The notes: a model not told the origin generated them from the letters alone. A stretch of 63,861 nt of DNA, filler included, from Pseudobdellovibrionaceae bacterium (GCA_030591685.1; 4 parts of 4 records of this genome joined end to end with filler, not necessarily neighbours in it), one strand, 5' to 3'; positions 40,015 to 49,813 are shown, counted from the whole stretch's first letter. Numbers and translations are program-made.

Positions 40015-41133
40015 TTACTTCTGTCTGTTAGTCATTTCTTTTAATGTTGAAAACGGTCTGGACATTCTACCCTGATGGTGACGCCTTAAGTTTCCAATGT
40101 TTTTAATGCGTCTTTCAGCCAGCTCATTCGCAGAATCCTCTGTGGTAGAGCCGGTTTCTTTAGCTATTGCAAATACTTCCATTAAGTTATCATAAACTTG
40201 AGTTGTTTTATCAATCGCCCGTTCGGCAGAGTAGCCCTCAAGCTCTACAAACACATTCATTAAACCACCAGCATTAATGACATAATCGGGGGCGTAAAGA
40301 ATACCAAGCTCAGCTAATGCCTTGCCGTGCCTGGCCTCGTGAAGCTGGTTATTAGCTCCTCCAGCAATGGCTTTACATTTTAATTGACCAATTGTTTTAT
40401 CATTTATAACAGCCCCTAATGCACAAGGGGCAAATATATCACATTCACTAGTCACTATATCGTCAGGGCTTTCTACTTTTAAATCATACTTATTTTGTGC
40501 CGCCTTAACTTTTGCTTGGTCAATATCGGCAATGCTCACAACAGCTTTTTCTGCAACTAAATAGTCTACTAAATGTGAACCCACGTTACCCAGGCCCTGT
40601 ACGGCTACAGCGACTCCCTTTAATGAGTCCGAATTGAATTTCTCTTTTACAGCGGCCTTGATCCCCATAAGAACACCATGAGCTGTGTAAGGGCTCGGGT
40701 CACCAGAACCGCCAAAAGCCTTTGGTATGCCAGTCACATAGGGGGTTTCCATAAAAATATACTCCATGTCTTTGACTGTTGTTCCAACGTCTTCTGCTGT
40801 TATATATATTCCGCCCAATGAGTTAACAAATGCACCAAAAGCCCTAAACATAGCCTCGGTTTTGTCTTTTTTGGGGTCGCCAAAAATTACGGCTTTGCCC
40901 CCGCCTAAATTTAAGCCCGCTGCTGCGGCTTTGTAGGTCATGCCCTTTGAAAGCCTTAGAACGTCAACTAAGGCCTCTTCATCAGATTTGTAGTTCCACA
41001 TTCTTGTGCCGCCCAAAGCGGGACCAAGTGTCGTATTATGAATAGCTATGATTGCTTTAAGCCCCACATCTTTATTGTTGCAAAAAACAACCTCTTCATG
41101 GTCTCCAAATCTTTCAATGATCTCAAATGACAT
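40015..41133 (-). CDS. Glu/Leu/Phe/Val dehydrogenase (leucine dehydrogenase-like)
   Basis: GPALGGTR, GGGKAV, TAEDVG, GLGNVG and APDYVINAGG motifs. Confidence 0.93.
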   Translation of the reverse strand: MSFEIIERFGDHEEVVFCNNKDVGLKAIIAIHNTTLGPALGGTRMWNYKSDEEALVDVLRLSKGMTYKAAAAGLNLGGGKAVIFGDPKKDKTEAMFRAFGAFVNSLGGIYITAEDVGTTVKDMEYIFMETPYVTGIPKAFGGSGDPSPYTAHGVLMGIKAAVKEKFNSDSLKGVAVAVQGLGNVGSHLVDYLVAEKAVVSIADIDQAKVKAAQNKYDLKVESPDDIVTSECDIFAPCALGAVINDKTIGQLKCKAIAGGANNQLHEARHGKALAELGILYAPDYVINAGGLMNVFVELEGYSAERAIDKTTQVYDNLMEVFAIAKETGSTTEDSANELAERRIKNIGNLRRHHQGRMSRPFSTLKEMTNRQK

Positions 41134-41381
41134 AGTCCCTCCAAGACTTAAATACTAACTCTAGCTACATTAAGTAAAATTTTATACTTATATGCTTATT
41201 CTATATATGTGCCCAGGGAGAGTATTGGTTTAATGAAGTCTTTTCAACATAAAACGCAAGGTAGCATTTTTACTTGGGTTTTCGCCTAATATTTGTGCTG
41301 TAATAGACGGCTCTTTTTGCTTTTTGGTCAAAAAAGAACCTCATAAGAATAATACTATCAACAACCTTTAATACTATACCT

Positions 41382-42983
41382 TTGACCTCAGCAAAATATA
41401 CACTTAACTGTACCTTCTTTTACCCACAAAGGAAGCTCTGCATTAATAAAAAAAATCTTAAAATACACTTTTTACTCATAATTATGACTTTTTGTTTGTT
41501 TTCAGGGGCTATTTTGGCCTCTGAAAATTTCTCCTTTCATATGCATCAACAACCATTAAGTTTAGATCCTGCACACATTAGAGGACAGTCGGGCACATAT
41601 TTTTATCATGCCCTATATCAAGGGCTTTTTAAGTTTGATAATAAAAAAGGTCTTGTCCCAACAGGGGCCAAATCGTGCACCTACATGAATAATAACAGTA
41701 TTGTTTGTACACTCAAAAAAGATTATAAATTTAGTGATGGCACCCCCATTAAAGCCATAAATTATGTTTGGGCCTTTCAAAGGCTTGTTATGCCTAGTAT
41801 AAAGACAGTACAAACAGAACTTATACTTAATTTAAAAAATGCTCAAAAAATTCTTTTAAATAAACTTAAAGCTCAACATCTCGGAGTTAAAGCAACAGGC
41901 CCCTATACCCTAGAGTTTCAGCTTGAACGCCCTGATGGGGAGTTTTTGTATAAACTTATAAATCCCTCACTTTCTCCAATACCAAGTGTTCATTATAAGT
42001 TCACCATAGGCCCTGCATTAATTACTCCTGGGCCTTATAAAATTAAAGCCTATAAACTTGGACATAAATTTACTTTAACAAAAAACCCTTACTACCCCCA
42101 GGCATTTAAAGATCGCCCTGATATTGACGTATATTTTATTGAAGACGACAGCACCGCTCTTAGCCTTTACGAAAAGGGTATTTTAAAATTTTTAAGGCGC
42201 ATTTCTACTATTGATATGCTGGCGTTAAAACATCGATCCGAGTTCTTTTACTCACCATTTATTCGTTTTGATTATATGGGTTTTGGATCTCATTTAAAGA
42301 AACATATAAATTTAAAAAAGGCCTTAGTTTATAGCCTTAATTATAAAGATTTACAAAAATTATATAACGCTCTTGGTACACCCGGTTGCCCCAGCTTGCC
42401 ATCGAGTTTTTTTAAAACCTACCCTTGTTATGAGTTTAATCTTAAAAAAGCAAAGCAAGCCCTTAAGTTAGTCCCAAAGGTTGTCCGGCAAAAAAAAATC
42501 ATTATTGTTTACAGTAAAATTGGTGGCGAAAGTGTACTTAAGGGCATGGAGTGGATGCAGTACCAATGGAAACAACACCTTGGCCTTAATGTTGAACTCA
42601 GGCCAATAGAGCAAGGCATGTTTTTGCAAGAGCTTCGTTATGGTGACCCTATTATTTTTAGAAAAGGTGTGGGTGTAGACCGACCCACGTGTTTAGCGGC
42701 ACTTGAGGTTTTTGAGAAATCCTCACGTGAAAATTATATAAAGTTTTCAAACCATAAATACCAAAAGATTTTAAAAAAACTCTCGCTTTCAAAAGTAAAT
42801 AAATCTGCAAAACAAATATTATGTTCCAAAGCTATGCAAATCCTTATGGCTAATTATAATATAATCCCCTTGGGTGAGATTCACTATAGTATGATGACAA
42901 AAAAGAATTTTACAGGTTGGTCTCTAAATTACTTAAACCAATTAGATTTAAGCTACCTAAAGTTAAAAACTGTCTCAAAATAA
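41382..42983 (+). CDS. OppA-like peptide ABC substrate-binding protein (start uncertain)
   Basis: SLDP, FSDGTPI.A, LGVKA and GPY motifs. Confidence 0.82.
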   Translation: MTSAKYTLNCTFFYPQRKLCINKKNLKIHFLLIIMTFCLFSGAILASENFSFHMHQQPLSLDPAHIRGQSGTYFYHALYQGLFKFDNKKGLVPTGAKSCTYMNNNSIVCTLKKDYKFSDGTPIKAINYVWAFQRLVMPSIKTVQTELILNLKNAQKILLNKLKAQHLGVKATGPYTLEFQLERPDGEFLYKLINPSLSPIPSVHYKFTIGPALITPGPYKIKAYKLGHKFTLTKNPYYPQAFKDRPDIDVYFIEDDSTALSLYEKGILKFLRRISTIDMLALKHRSEFFYSPFIRFDYMGFGSHLKKHINLKKALVYSLNYKDLQKLYNALGTPGCPSLPSSFFKTYPCYEFNLKKAKQALKLVPKVVRQKKIIIVYSKIGGESVLKGMEWMQYQWKQHLGLNVELRPIEQGMFLQELRYGDPIIFRKGVGVDRPTCLAALEVFEKSSRENYIKFSNHKYQKILKKLSLSKVNKSAKQILCSKAMQILMANYNIIPLGEIHYSMMTKKNFTGWSLNYLNQLDLSYLKLKTVSK

Positions 42984-43038
42984 GACTCTCTAAAGCCTAC
43001 AAACCCTTAATTAAAGGTCTACTCTAGTAACTTATCTT

Positions 43039-43065
43039 TCAGAACACAGTACTTAGGTCCGATAG
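43039..43065 (+). promoter_or_regulatory. Candidate sigma28 (FliA) promoter
   Basis: TCAG-N15-TCCGATAG, 32 nt upstream of the ATG at 43098. Confidence 0.5.
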
Positions 43066-43097
43066 GGCTAGTAACTCAATAGTGAATGGGAGTATAA

Positions 43098-43328
43098 ATG
43101 TCTGAAGATCAGAATCCAAAACAAAAAAAAGTAAAAGCCCCACCCCAAAACGTGGTTCAGTTACATCAACGTTGCCCCGTCGATAGTTGCGGTAAAAAGC
43201 CACAACGATCTACCTTTTGTAATGAGCACTTTACATGGTTTAAACAAGGTTTAATTAATAGAGCCGGTAAAAAGCCAAAAGATTTTGACAAAAAACACCA
43301 AGCCTATTTGCAGAAAAAAGCCAGTTAA
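43098..43328 (+). CDS. Small basic protein with a CX4C-X9-CX2H zinc-finger-like motif
   Basis: CPVDSC...FCNEHF; GGGAG RBS. Confidence 0.7.
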   Translation: MSEDQNPKQKKVKAPPQNVVQLHQRCPVDSCGKKPQRSTFCNEHFTWFKQGLINRAGKKPKDFDKKHQAYLQKKAS

Positions 43329-43458
43329 AAGACGTTTACCAAAAATAAACGGCAAAAACTAATATAGAGACACTAAAGGTTTTAAGGGCAAATAAACCCA
43401 GTTGAGCTATCATACTATGATATCGACAGCCCTGTTAAAAACCTTAAATACTAATAAC

Positions 43459-43845
43459 TCATTCTTTAGTTATTGCTGGTTTTCCGCCGCCTGCGAGTAT
43501 TAGGGTCACATAAACAGCTAAATAAAGTATAGCTAACTCTTTTTTTGCAAAAGAGTTTTGCCCATTAAATATAAAAGCGGCAGTAAACATGGTCACAGCC
43601 AACGGTATTGCTGCAAAACGAGTTTTAAAACCCAAAATAAGAAATATGGAGCACACAAACTCACTAAATATAACCAGGATCAATGAAAACTGAGCCCCCA
43701 GCCCAAATGGGTCTGGAAAGGATATAACCCCACCATCTATAAGCATATTTAGTTTTGGATAACCATGAGTGAGCATTAAAAGCCCTACAATAAGCCTTAG
43801 TGTAAAAAGGCCCTGCTCTGGAAAGGCTGCAATTGGAAACCTCAT
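43459..43845 (-). CDS. DoxX family membrane protein
   Basis: LR...G..M..HG.PK, E.......LG..TR.A and KELA motifs. Confidence 0.9.
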   Translation of the reverse strand: MRFPIAAFPEQGLFTLRLIVGLLMLTHGYPKLNMLIDGGVISFPDPFGLGAQFSLILVIFSEFVCSIFLILGFKTRFAAIPLAVTMFTAAFIFNGQNSFAKKELAILYLAVYVTLILAGGGKPAITKE

Positions 43846-44002
43846 CTTTAAATCCCCTTTATTTTAGTGCTCTTAGCGTAACTAATGTTTTTATTTATTA
43901 AAAGCTTTTTTATAATGCTATATCGGCCTATAAAAGTTAAGTGTTTGATTTTTACAAACATTTTTGCTAGTTAAATGAACATAATTTTAAAAAGGAGGCT
44001 CT

Positions 44003-44752
44003 ATGAAGCACTCTGTTCTTATCACAGGGGCATCAAGTGGCATTGGCGCAAAAACAGCCGAAATATTTGCTCAACGAAATTATGAGGTTTTACTTTTAGG
44101 TCGCAATCAAGATCGCCTTGATCAGGTCGCTCAAAGCCTCCCCGGTGAAGGTCACAAAACTTTTTCAGTCGATTTAAATGACCCTAAAGAAATTAATAAT
44201 TTGTGCACCCAATTGATCAAAGAAAGACCTTTTACTAACTCCCTAAGTGCCCTTATCAATAATGCCGGAATTATTGATAAATCACTTTTTGATAAAACCT
44301 CGTTAGAGAGCTGGAGGCAGCAGTTTCAAGTAAACCTGTTTTCAGCCATTGAACTCACAAAAAACTTAAGCCCCCTACTGTTTGAAAATAAAACCTCTTT
44401 TGTGGTCAATGTCTCATCTACATTGGCTGAAAAACCTATACCTGAAACTCTCGCATACTCCTCTAGTAAAGCCGCACTTACAAGTTGGACTAAGGGGTTG
44501 GCTCTTGAGTGGGCCAACAAAGGAGTCCGGGTGAATGCCGTTCACCCGGGCCTTATTGACACTCCCATTCATGAATTTCATACTGACAGCGAGGGCTCCG
44601 AAAACCGTCAATTTATGGACTCTTTACAGCCTTTGAAAAAAGTGGGCTCGCCTATCCATATTGCCGAAATGATTTATTTTCTAACCCAACCCCCGTCTGA
44701 GTGGACCACAGGCTCTACGTTTACAGTTGATGGTGGTATTCAGTTATTATGA
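44003..44752 (+). CDS. SDR family oxidoreductase
   Basis: TGASSGIG, NNAG and YSSSK motifs. Confidence 0.93.
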   Translation: MKHSVLITGASSGIGAKTAEIFAQRNYEVLLLGRNQDRLDQVAQSLPGEGHKTFSVDLNDPKEINNLCTQLIKERPFTNSLSALINNAGIIDKSLFDKTSLESWRQQFQVNLFSAIELTKNLSPLLFENKTSFVVNVSSTLAEKPIPETLAYSSSKAALTSWTKGLALEWANKGVRVNAVHPGLIDTPIHEFHTDSEGSENRQFMDSLQPLKKVGSPIHIAEMIYFLTQPPSEWTTGSTFTVDGGIQLL

Positions 44753-45510
44753 GTACTCAAGAGGCTCCCCTTATACGACTCTCTAAAATTATGGCTCATC
44801 GAGGCTTGTGCTCTCGGCGAGAGGCCGATGAACTTATCAAAAATGGCTTTGTTAAAGTTAATGGTGAAATTGTCAGTGAGTTAGGGGTTAAATTTTTAGA
44901 GAGTGTCTCTATAGAGGTCACCGGTCAGGGCCAAAAACAGCTTGAGGACAAACTCAGTATTATTTTATATAAACCCCTCGGTTACGTGTCTGGCCCAAAA
45001 GAGGAGCGCTACCCTTCAGCCCTTGACCTCATACAGGAGAGCAACCGGTCGGTCTCTTGTCAGGGTTTAAAATTAAAACCACATTTAAAAACAGGCTTAG
45101 CCCCTGCGGGTCGTCTTGATGTAGACAGCACAGGGCTTTTAGTTTTAACCGCCTTTGGCCCCTTAGCCCGAAAGTTAATTGAAAAAGACTCTACTATAGC
45201 AAAAGAGTACCGAGTCAAAGTTTCTGGCACCCTCACTGATGAGAGCCTAGAGAAACTCCAACACGGACTCAGCTTAGATAACGTTGTATTAAAACCAGCT
45301 CTTGTAGAGTGGGTGACAAAAAATAAAATTTTAAGATTTGTTTTAAAAGAGGGGCGTAAAAGGCAAATCAGGCGCATGTGCGACCTTGTTGATTTAAAGG
45401 TCACCGCTTTAAAGAGGGTTCATATTGGACCTCTAAATTTAAAACATCTGACCCCCGGGCAGTGGCGGTATTTAACCACAAATGAAATCAATGAAATTTT
45501 AAATAATTAG
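44749..45510 (+). CDS. rRNA pseudouridine synthase (RsuA/RluB/F family) with an S4 domain
   Basis: CSRREAD, GRLD..STGL and EGRKRQIRRM motifs. Confidence 0.92.
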   Translation: MSTQEAPLIRLSKIMAHRGLCSRREADELIKNGFVKVNGEIVSELGVKFLESVSIEVTGQGQKQLEDKLSIILYKPLGYVSGPKEERYPSALDLIQESNRSVSCQGLKLKPHLKTGLAPAGRLDVDSTGLLVLTAFGPLARKLIEKDSTIAKEYRVKVSGTLTDESLEKLQHGLSLDNVVLKPALVEWVTKNKILRFVLKEGRKRQIRRMCDLVDLKVTALKRVHIGPLNLKHLTPGQWRYLTTNEINEILNN

Positions 45511-45641
45511 CCTTTAATTTTATTTAACAAATTTTTTGAAGTGTATTTGTTTTAATTTGCTTTTTTTTTAAGAGTGTTTGAAGATGTGTATAGAATCCCC
45601 TTCAACAAGAATTATGTTACGCTAATAAAAAGGATCTGTTT

Positions 45642-46346
45642 ATGGGTAAAAGTTGGAAAAAGTCAGGCATGATGGACGTTGCCGCAAAAAAGGGTAAAAT
45701 ATTTACCAAGCTAGCTAAAGAGATCTTTGTGGCCACAAAACTAGGAGGCCCTGACCCTGAGGGCAACCCCCGACTAAAAATGTCTATTAGAGCAGCCTTG
45801 GATGTTTCGTGCCCCAAGGCAACAATTGAAAGAGCTATTAAAAAAGGGTCCGGCCAAGGCGGTGAGAGCGAAAACATAGAAGAGGTCACTTATGAGGGCC
45901 AAGGCCCCTATAACGTTGGGGTGATAGTTGAGTGTCAAACAGACAATCGAAACCGCACGGTCTCTAATATTAGATCTATTTTTAATAAAAAAGGCGGTAA
46001 AATGGGAGACAACGGCTCAGCGTCTTGGATGTTTGATCGCGTGTGCCTTGTTGAAGCTGAAATTAAAACTGAAATTGACCCTGAAGAAGAGGCCATTGAA
46101 GTCAACGCCAACGATGTTGAAAAAAACGAAGACTCAGGCTATAGCTTTTACGGCGAGCCTGAGGACTTAGACACCATTCGAACCTCTCTTGTAAGCCGGG
46201 GCTGGGATGTTACAAAAGCTGAACTTTCATATAAATCAAAAAATATTACCGAGTTAGACGAAGAGAAAAAATCACAGGTTATTTTGTTTTTAGAAGCTCT
46301 GGATGATGATGAGGATACTCATAAAATACACGCTACTGTTGAATAA
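45642..46346 (+). CDS. yebC: YebC/PmpR family protein
   Basis: K..IFTKL.KEI, PDPEGNPRL, YEG.GP and TDNRNRT motifs. Confidence 0.92.
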   Translation: MGKSWKKSGMMDVAAKKGKIFTKLAKEIFVATKLGGPDPEGNPRLKMSIRAALDVSCPKATIERAIKKGSGQGGESENIEEVTYEGQGPYNVGVIVECQTDNRNRTVSNIRSIFNKKGGKMGDNGSASWMFDRVCLVEAEIKTEIDPEEEAIEVNANDVEKNEDSGYSFYGEPEDLDTIRTSLVSRGWDVTKAELSYKSKNITELDEEKKSQVILFLEALDDDEDTHKIHATVE

Positions 46347-46423
46347 AATGAGATGAGTAAAAAACTTGAATAACATGAGATGAGTAAAACGACTTGAATA
46401 AAATGAGCCGAGTAAAGCACGAC
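46339..46423 (+). repeat. Three degenerate tandem 27-30 bp repeats beginning in the yebC 3' end
   Basis: ttgaataaaatgagatgagtaaaaaac / ttgaataacatgagatgagtaaaacgac / ttgaataaaatgagccgagtaaagcacgac. Confidence 0.85.
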
Positions 46424-46482
46424 TCAATATTTATGCGTTTAATTTTATAATAAATCTACTTTATGTATTTAAACGTATTATT

Positions 46483-46911
46483 TTAAGAGCTAATGGATTT
46501 AAATGCGGTCGCGTAGAAAATAATTTGTTTTAACATAGAGTAAAGCCCATTAGACCTACTGGGGGAAAGATGCCCCGCTAAACCTAACTCTTTAATAAAC
46601 TCTACAGGTGTTGTTAAAATATCATCTGGAGAGGCTTCAGAGTACACCTCAAGCAACAAAGCCACTAAGCCCTTAACAATGAGCGCATCACTGTCGGCCA
46701 TATATATAACTTGCCCCTGATCATTAAGTTCTGCATGTATCCAAACCTGTGACTGGCAGCCTTGAACTTTATTTTCATCACACTTATATTTATCATCAAG
46801 GGGGGGTAATGACTTACCCATTGCAATAATAACCCTATAGCGATCTTCCCATGAGGCGTATTGACTGAACCTATTTACAATATCAGCTTGTCTGCTTTTA
46901 ACCAAATTCAT
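46483..46911 (-). CDS. sufE: SufE cysteine desulfurase activator
   Basis: WEDRY, VQGCQSQVW, DSDALIVKGL and LSPSRSNGL motifs. Confidence 0.93.
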   Translation of the reverse strand: MNLVKSRQADIVNRFSQYASWEDRYRVIIAMGKSLPPLDDKYKCDENKVQGCQSQVWIHAELNDQGQVIYMADSDALIVKGLVALLLEVYSEASPDDILTTPVEFIKELGLAGHLSPSRSNGLYSMLKQIIFYATAFKSISS

Positions 46912-46946
46912 AACTTAACCGTAGTAACACTGTCTTTATTAATAAC

Positions 46947-47639
46947 TCAAGCCTTTAACTTTTTATTATAAAAATTGATTAAGTTCTGCAAGTCCTTGTC
47001 TAAAGAGCTGTGCACCTGTGGCAACCACTCCTCTTTTTTTCTATTAAAAACATCAAAGCAGTCTTTATAAAAGCTCTTTGAGGGTTTAATTAAAACGTCT
47101 GTGACGGCATGATCATCAGGGTCTGTGAGTCTCATGAGTTCTGTTACTTCTGAAAGGCTGTAGCCTGTTTCAAGTAAAACAAGCTGTAAAATTGACATTT
47201 CAATGCTGTACAAATAGTCCTCAGTCAGTTGCCAAAACTCTAGGCCTGCTAATGAATATGAGCTCTTACAAAAAAAGCTACGGCATGTTGAGTTTCTAAG
47301 CTCCCAAATTTTACAAAAACCCTGGTTATAAAAATCACAAACTAAGTCACTAAACCCCTCAGTAGTACGACTTTTGTTATGGGCCTTTTGGACTTCCTTT
47401 TTAGGTAACAAACCCACAGGTGAGCTATAGGCATTTATTAACTCTAACTCCTGTGTTTCAAGTAAGGCCCCCACTACAAAGTTAGCGATCACAGGCTGAA
47501 AGCCACAGCACTTGATGGCTCTGTTATTATGAGTCTCTAACTCACATTGATTACAGTGAATAGCCCTCTCAGTCACTTTGAGTGCCGCTAACCCTTGTGG
47601 GACCAGTTGAGAGTAGAACTCCCCTAATACTCCTTGCAT
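46947..47639 (-). CDS. Cys-rich hypothetical protein (YkgJ-like putative metal/Fe-S binder)
   Basis: CNQC, KCC and CDFY...CKIW..R...CRSFFC motifs. Confidence 0.6.
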   Translation of the reverse strand: MQGVLGEFYSQLVPQGLAALKVTERAIHCNQCELETHNNRAIKCCGFQPVIANFVVGALLETQELELINAYSSPVGLLPKKEVQKAHNKSRTTEGFSDLVCDFYNQGFCKIWELRNSTCRSFFCKSSYSLAGLEFWQLTEDYLYSIEMSILQLVLLETGYSLSEVTELMRLTDPDDHAVTDVLIKPSKSFYKDCFDVFNRKKEEWLPQVHSSLDKDLQNLINFYNKKLKA

Positions 47640-47795
47640 AGCAAAGTCTTACGTTTTGAAGGTGATTTTTGTCAACTCACTAGACAGCTGTCTTTCAAAA
47701 TAATGACCTTTTCTGTCACCCCCTCATTTGAGTTTTAAGCCGCCCTTGAAAGCTGTGTAATATCAGGTGCTTACAAGACCTTTTGAAACCACTTT

Positions 47796-47811
47796 TGGCC
47801 CACCTATTGCT
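47796..47811 (+). promoter_or_regulatory. Sigma54 -24/-12 promoter
   Basis: TGGCCCACCTATTGCT: GG-N10-GC spacing, 40 nt before an ORF with an AAGGAG RBS. Confidence 0.65.
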
Positions 47812-47850
47812 CTGTTAAGACCATATAAACCTCAATAAGGAGAAACTATT

Positions 47851-48126
47851 ATGAGGACATTTATAGCTATATTTACCTCTTTACTCGTTTTACTCTTTGT
47901 ACAACTCTCTGATGCGGCCGTTAAAAAAAGTACTTATAAGTATGAGGTCAGTACGGGAGATGTAGGAGTCATTAAGACCTCCGCAAAAACCAAGTCTTTA
48001 GCCTTTCAGATGGCCGGCGAGGAGTGTTTTAACCGTCGTGTCGCCCAGTACGAAGCCCTCAGAGGGCCTGCTGATGAAAGCCGCATGATGGATTTTATAG
48101 ACTCCTGTGCCAATTTAAAATGGTGA
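47851..48126 (+). CDS. Small secreted protein with two Cys
   Basis: AAGGAG RBS; signal peptide; ECF...DSCAN. Confidence 0.75.
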   Translation: MRTFIAIFTSLLVLLFVQLSDAAVKKSTYKYEVSTGDVGVIKTSAKTKSLAFQMAGEECFNRRVAQYEALRGPADESRMMDFIDSCANLKW

Positions 48127-48179
48127 GACCTTGCGTTAATGAGTGAATTACATAGAGAACAAAGCTACAAGTAATCACT

Positions 48180-48362
48180 ATGGTTAATAAGATATTAGAT
48201 TTTTTATTTGGCAAGGCTCCTCAAATTTTTGATGCTAATGGTGACGTCCGACATGATTTGCCTAAAGAAAAATGGGACGCCTGGAACAAAAGGTATTTTA
48301 GTTCTCAAGAAATGAACTGGCGTAACCACACCGGAACAAAAGCAAAATCTCAAAAAAATTAA
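48180..48362 (+). CDS. Small hypothetical protein
   Basis: 60-aa ORF with protein-like composition (IFD..G.V.H, W..W, NWRNH.G). Confidence 0.55.
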   Translation: MVNKILDFLFGKAPQIFDANGDVRHDLPKEKWDAWNKRYFSSQEMNWRNHTGTKAKSQKN

Positions 48363-48366
48363 GCCT

Positions 48367-48658
48367 TTACTTAAAAAAAAATTTTAACACTTGCTGCTTT
48401 GAGCCCTCTGGGTTTTTAAGCTGAATAGCATAACAGGCCCTTAAAGCTTCACCTAAATGAGGCCCCTTTTTTACACCCCCCTGAATTAAATCTTGAGCTT
48501 CAACCAGTGCTTTGGGTAATTGGCCTGTCTCTTTAGAGAGCTTTAAATAATCTTCATAAAGCTCCATAAGCACAAGGGTATTTGTGTTTTTAAAATCTTT
48601 TTTAAACTGAATAAGTATCTTAAAGGCCTTCTCACCAAAACTCTGGTCGAGTGCGAGG
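48367..48658 (-). CDS. C-terminal fragment, probable CCA tRNA nucleotidyltransferase
   Basis: The frame is open to the gap; 'LV..QDLI..G...GP.LGE.L...Y..QL' is typical of a CCA-enzyme tail. Confidence 0.6.
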
Positions 48659-48758
48659 NNNNNNNNNNNNNNNNNNNNNNNNNNNNNNNNNNNNNNNNNN
48701 NNTTAATTAATTAANNNNNNNNNNNNNNNNNNNNNNNNNNNNNNNNNNNNNNNNNNNN
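48659..48758. other. Artificial contig linker
   Basis: N44-TTAATTAATTAA-N44. Confidence 0.97.
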
Positions 48759-49397
48759 AATGGACGTAAGGACAGCCCCATCAAAGGTTTCGTTTCCAGA
48801 TGAGCTAATGATGTCCTTTTGCAACACAACGCCATTGGCATCAATTCGAAGGCTAGCTTTGGCGGTTAGGTTTAAGTTGGCGATAAATGAGGGGATCATA
48901 AAGTGGCTTTGAACATGTGCCCTAAGCTCCTCATAGTACTCGAGCATTTTTATGCGGTCGAGTCCTGTGAGTCCGCTTGTGCTGTTTATGATGTTTCCTT
49001 TTTTGAGTTTTTCTTTCTCAAATTGTTTTTTGGCCTTTTCAAGCCTTTGTTTTTGTTCGTCCTGCTGTTGTCTTTGCTTGAGTTTCTTAATGGCATTTAT
49101 AGCATTGAGGCGGTCAAAGGCTTTGAGTTGGTTTTTTTTGCTGCTCTTTTTTTTTCGTCGAGGCTTGGTTTTTTTTATAACTACCTTGGGAGGGGGCGCA
49201 ATTACCTTTTTAGGCTTTGGTTTTTGTTTTTCAGGTAAAGCGACGACATCCACTTGTATGGCATTGGTTATGAGGAGCTCGTCGTTGTTTAAAAAAATGT
49301 GATTATAAAAAGTAAGCATTAAAACAAGCACAACGTGAGCAACGGCAGATTGCAGGAGGTACTTGTTAAATTTCTTATCCTCAGACGTGTTTTTCAT
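48759..49397 (-). CDS. tolA: TolA/TonB family protein (3'-truncated)
   Basis: TM with S...H, Pro/Lys-rich linker and SSGNETFD; follows tolQR. Confidence 0.8.
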
Positions 49398-49404
49398 AGG
49401 CTCT

Positions 49405-49812
49405 TTAGAATTTTGGTAAGGTTATAAGGCCAATTTTGTAAATACCAGCTGCGCGAACTTCGGCCATAGCTTCGGCAACGGTCCCATAGTCAACTCTACG
49501 GTCGGCTTTTATATAAATTTGTTTATTTGTTCGGGTTTCAAAAATTGCTTTTAATTTTGATCTTAAGTTTTTAGTGGGCACAGTGGCCTCGCCAATTAAG
49601 AGTGTTTTATTTGCTTTTATTGTTAAAACAAAGGGCTTTTCGCTTGATGAAACTCCGCTGCTGGCAGTTTTAGGTAACTCAACTTCGAGCCCCTGTTGCA
49701 TCAAGGGCGCTGTCACCATAAATATAATAAGTAAAACAAGCATAACATCGACAAATGGAGTGATATTAATTTCGCTCATCATTTTTTTACGGCTCGGTGA
49801 TGATGCGCCCAA
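49405..49812 (-). CDS. tolR: TolR/ExbD protein
   Basis: EINITPFVDVMLVLLIIFMVTAP and ADRRVDYG motifs. Confidence 0.9.
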   Translation of the reverse strand: MGASSPSRKKMMSEINITPFVDVMLVLLIIFMVTAPLMQQGLEVELPKTASSGVSSSEKPFVLTIKANKTLLIGEATVPTKNLRSKLKAIFETRTNKQIYIKADRRVDYGTVAEAMAEVRAAGIYKIGLITLPKF

Positions 49813-49813
49813 C

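Noticed and set aside
43920..43948. Sigma28-like GCCGATAT upstream of doxX (similar -10-only hits at ~29712 and ~5766)
   Set aside because: The -10 is good, but there is no convincing -35 at 15-bp spacing.
46339..46423. Possible mini-CRISPR array
   Set aside because: The units are contiguous with no unique spacers, are not palindromic, and no cas genes are present.
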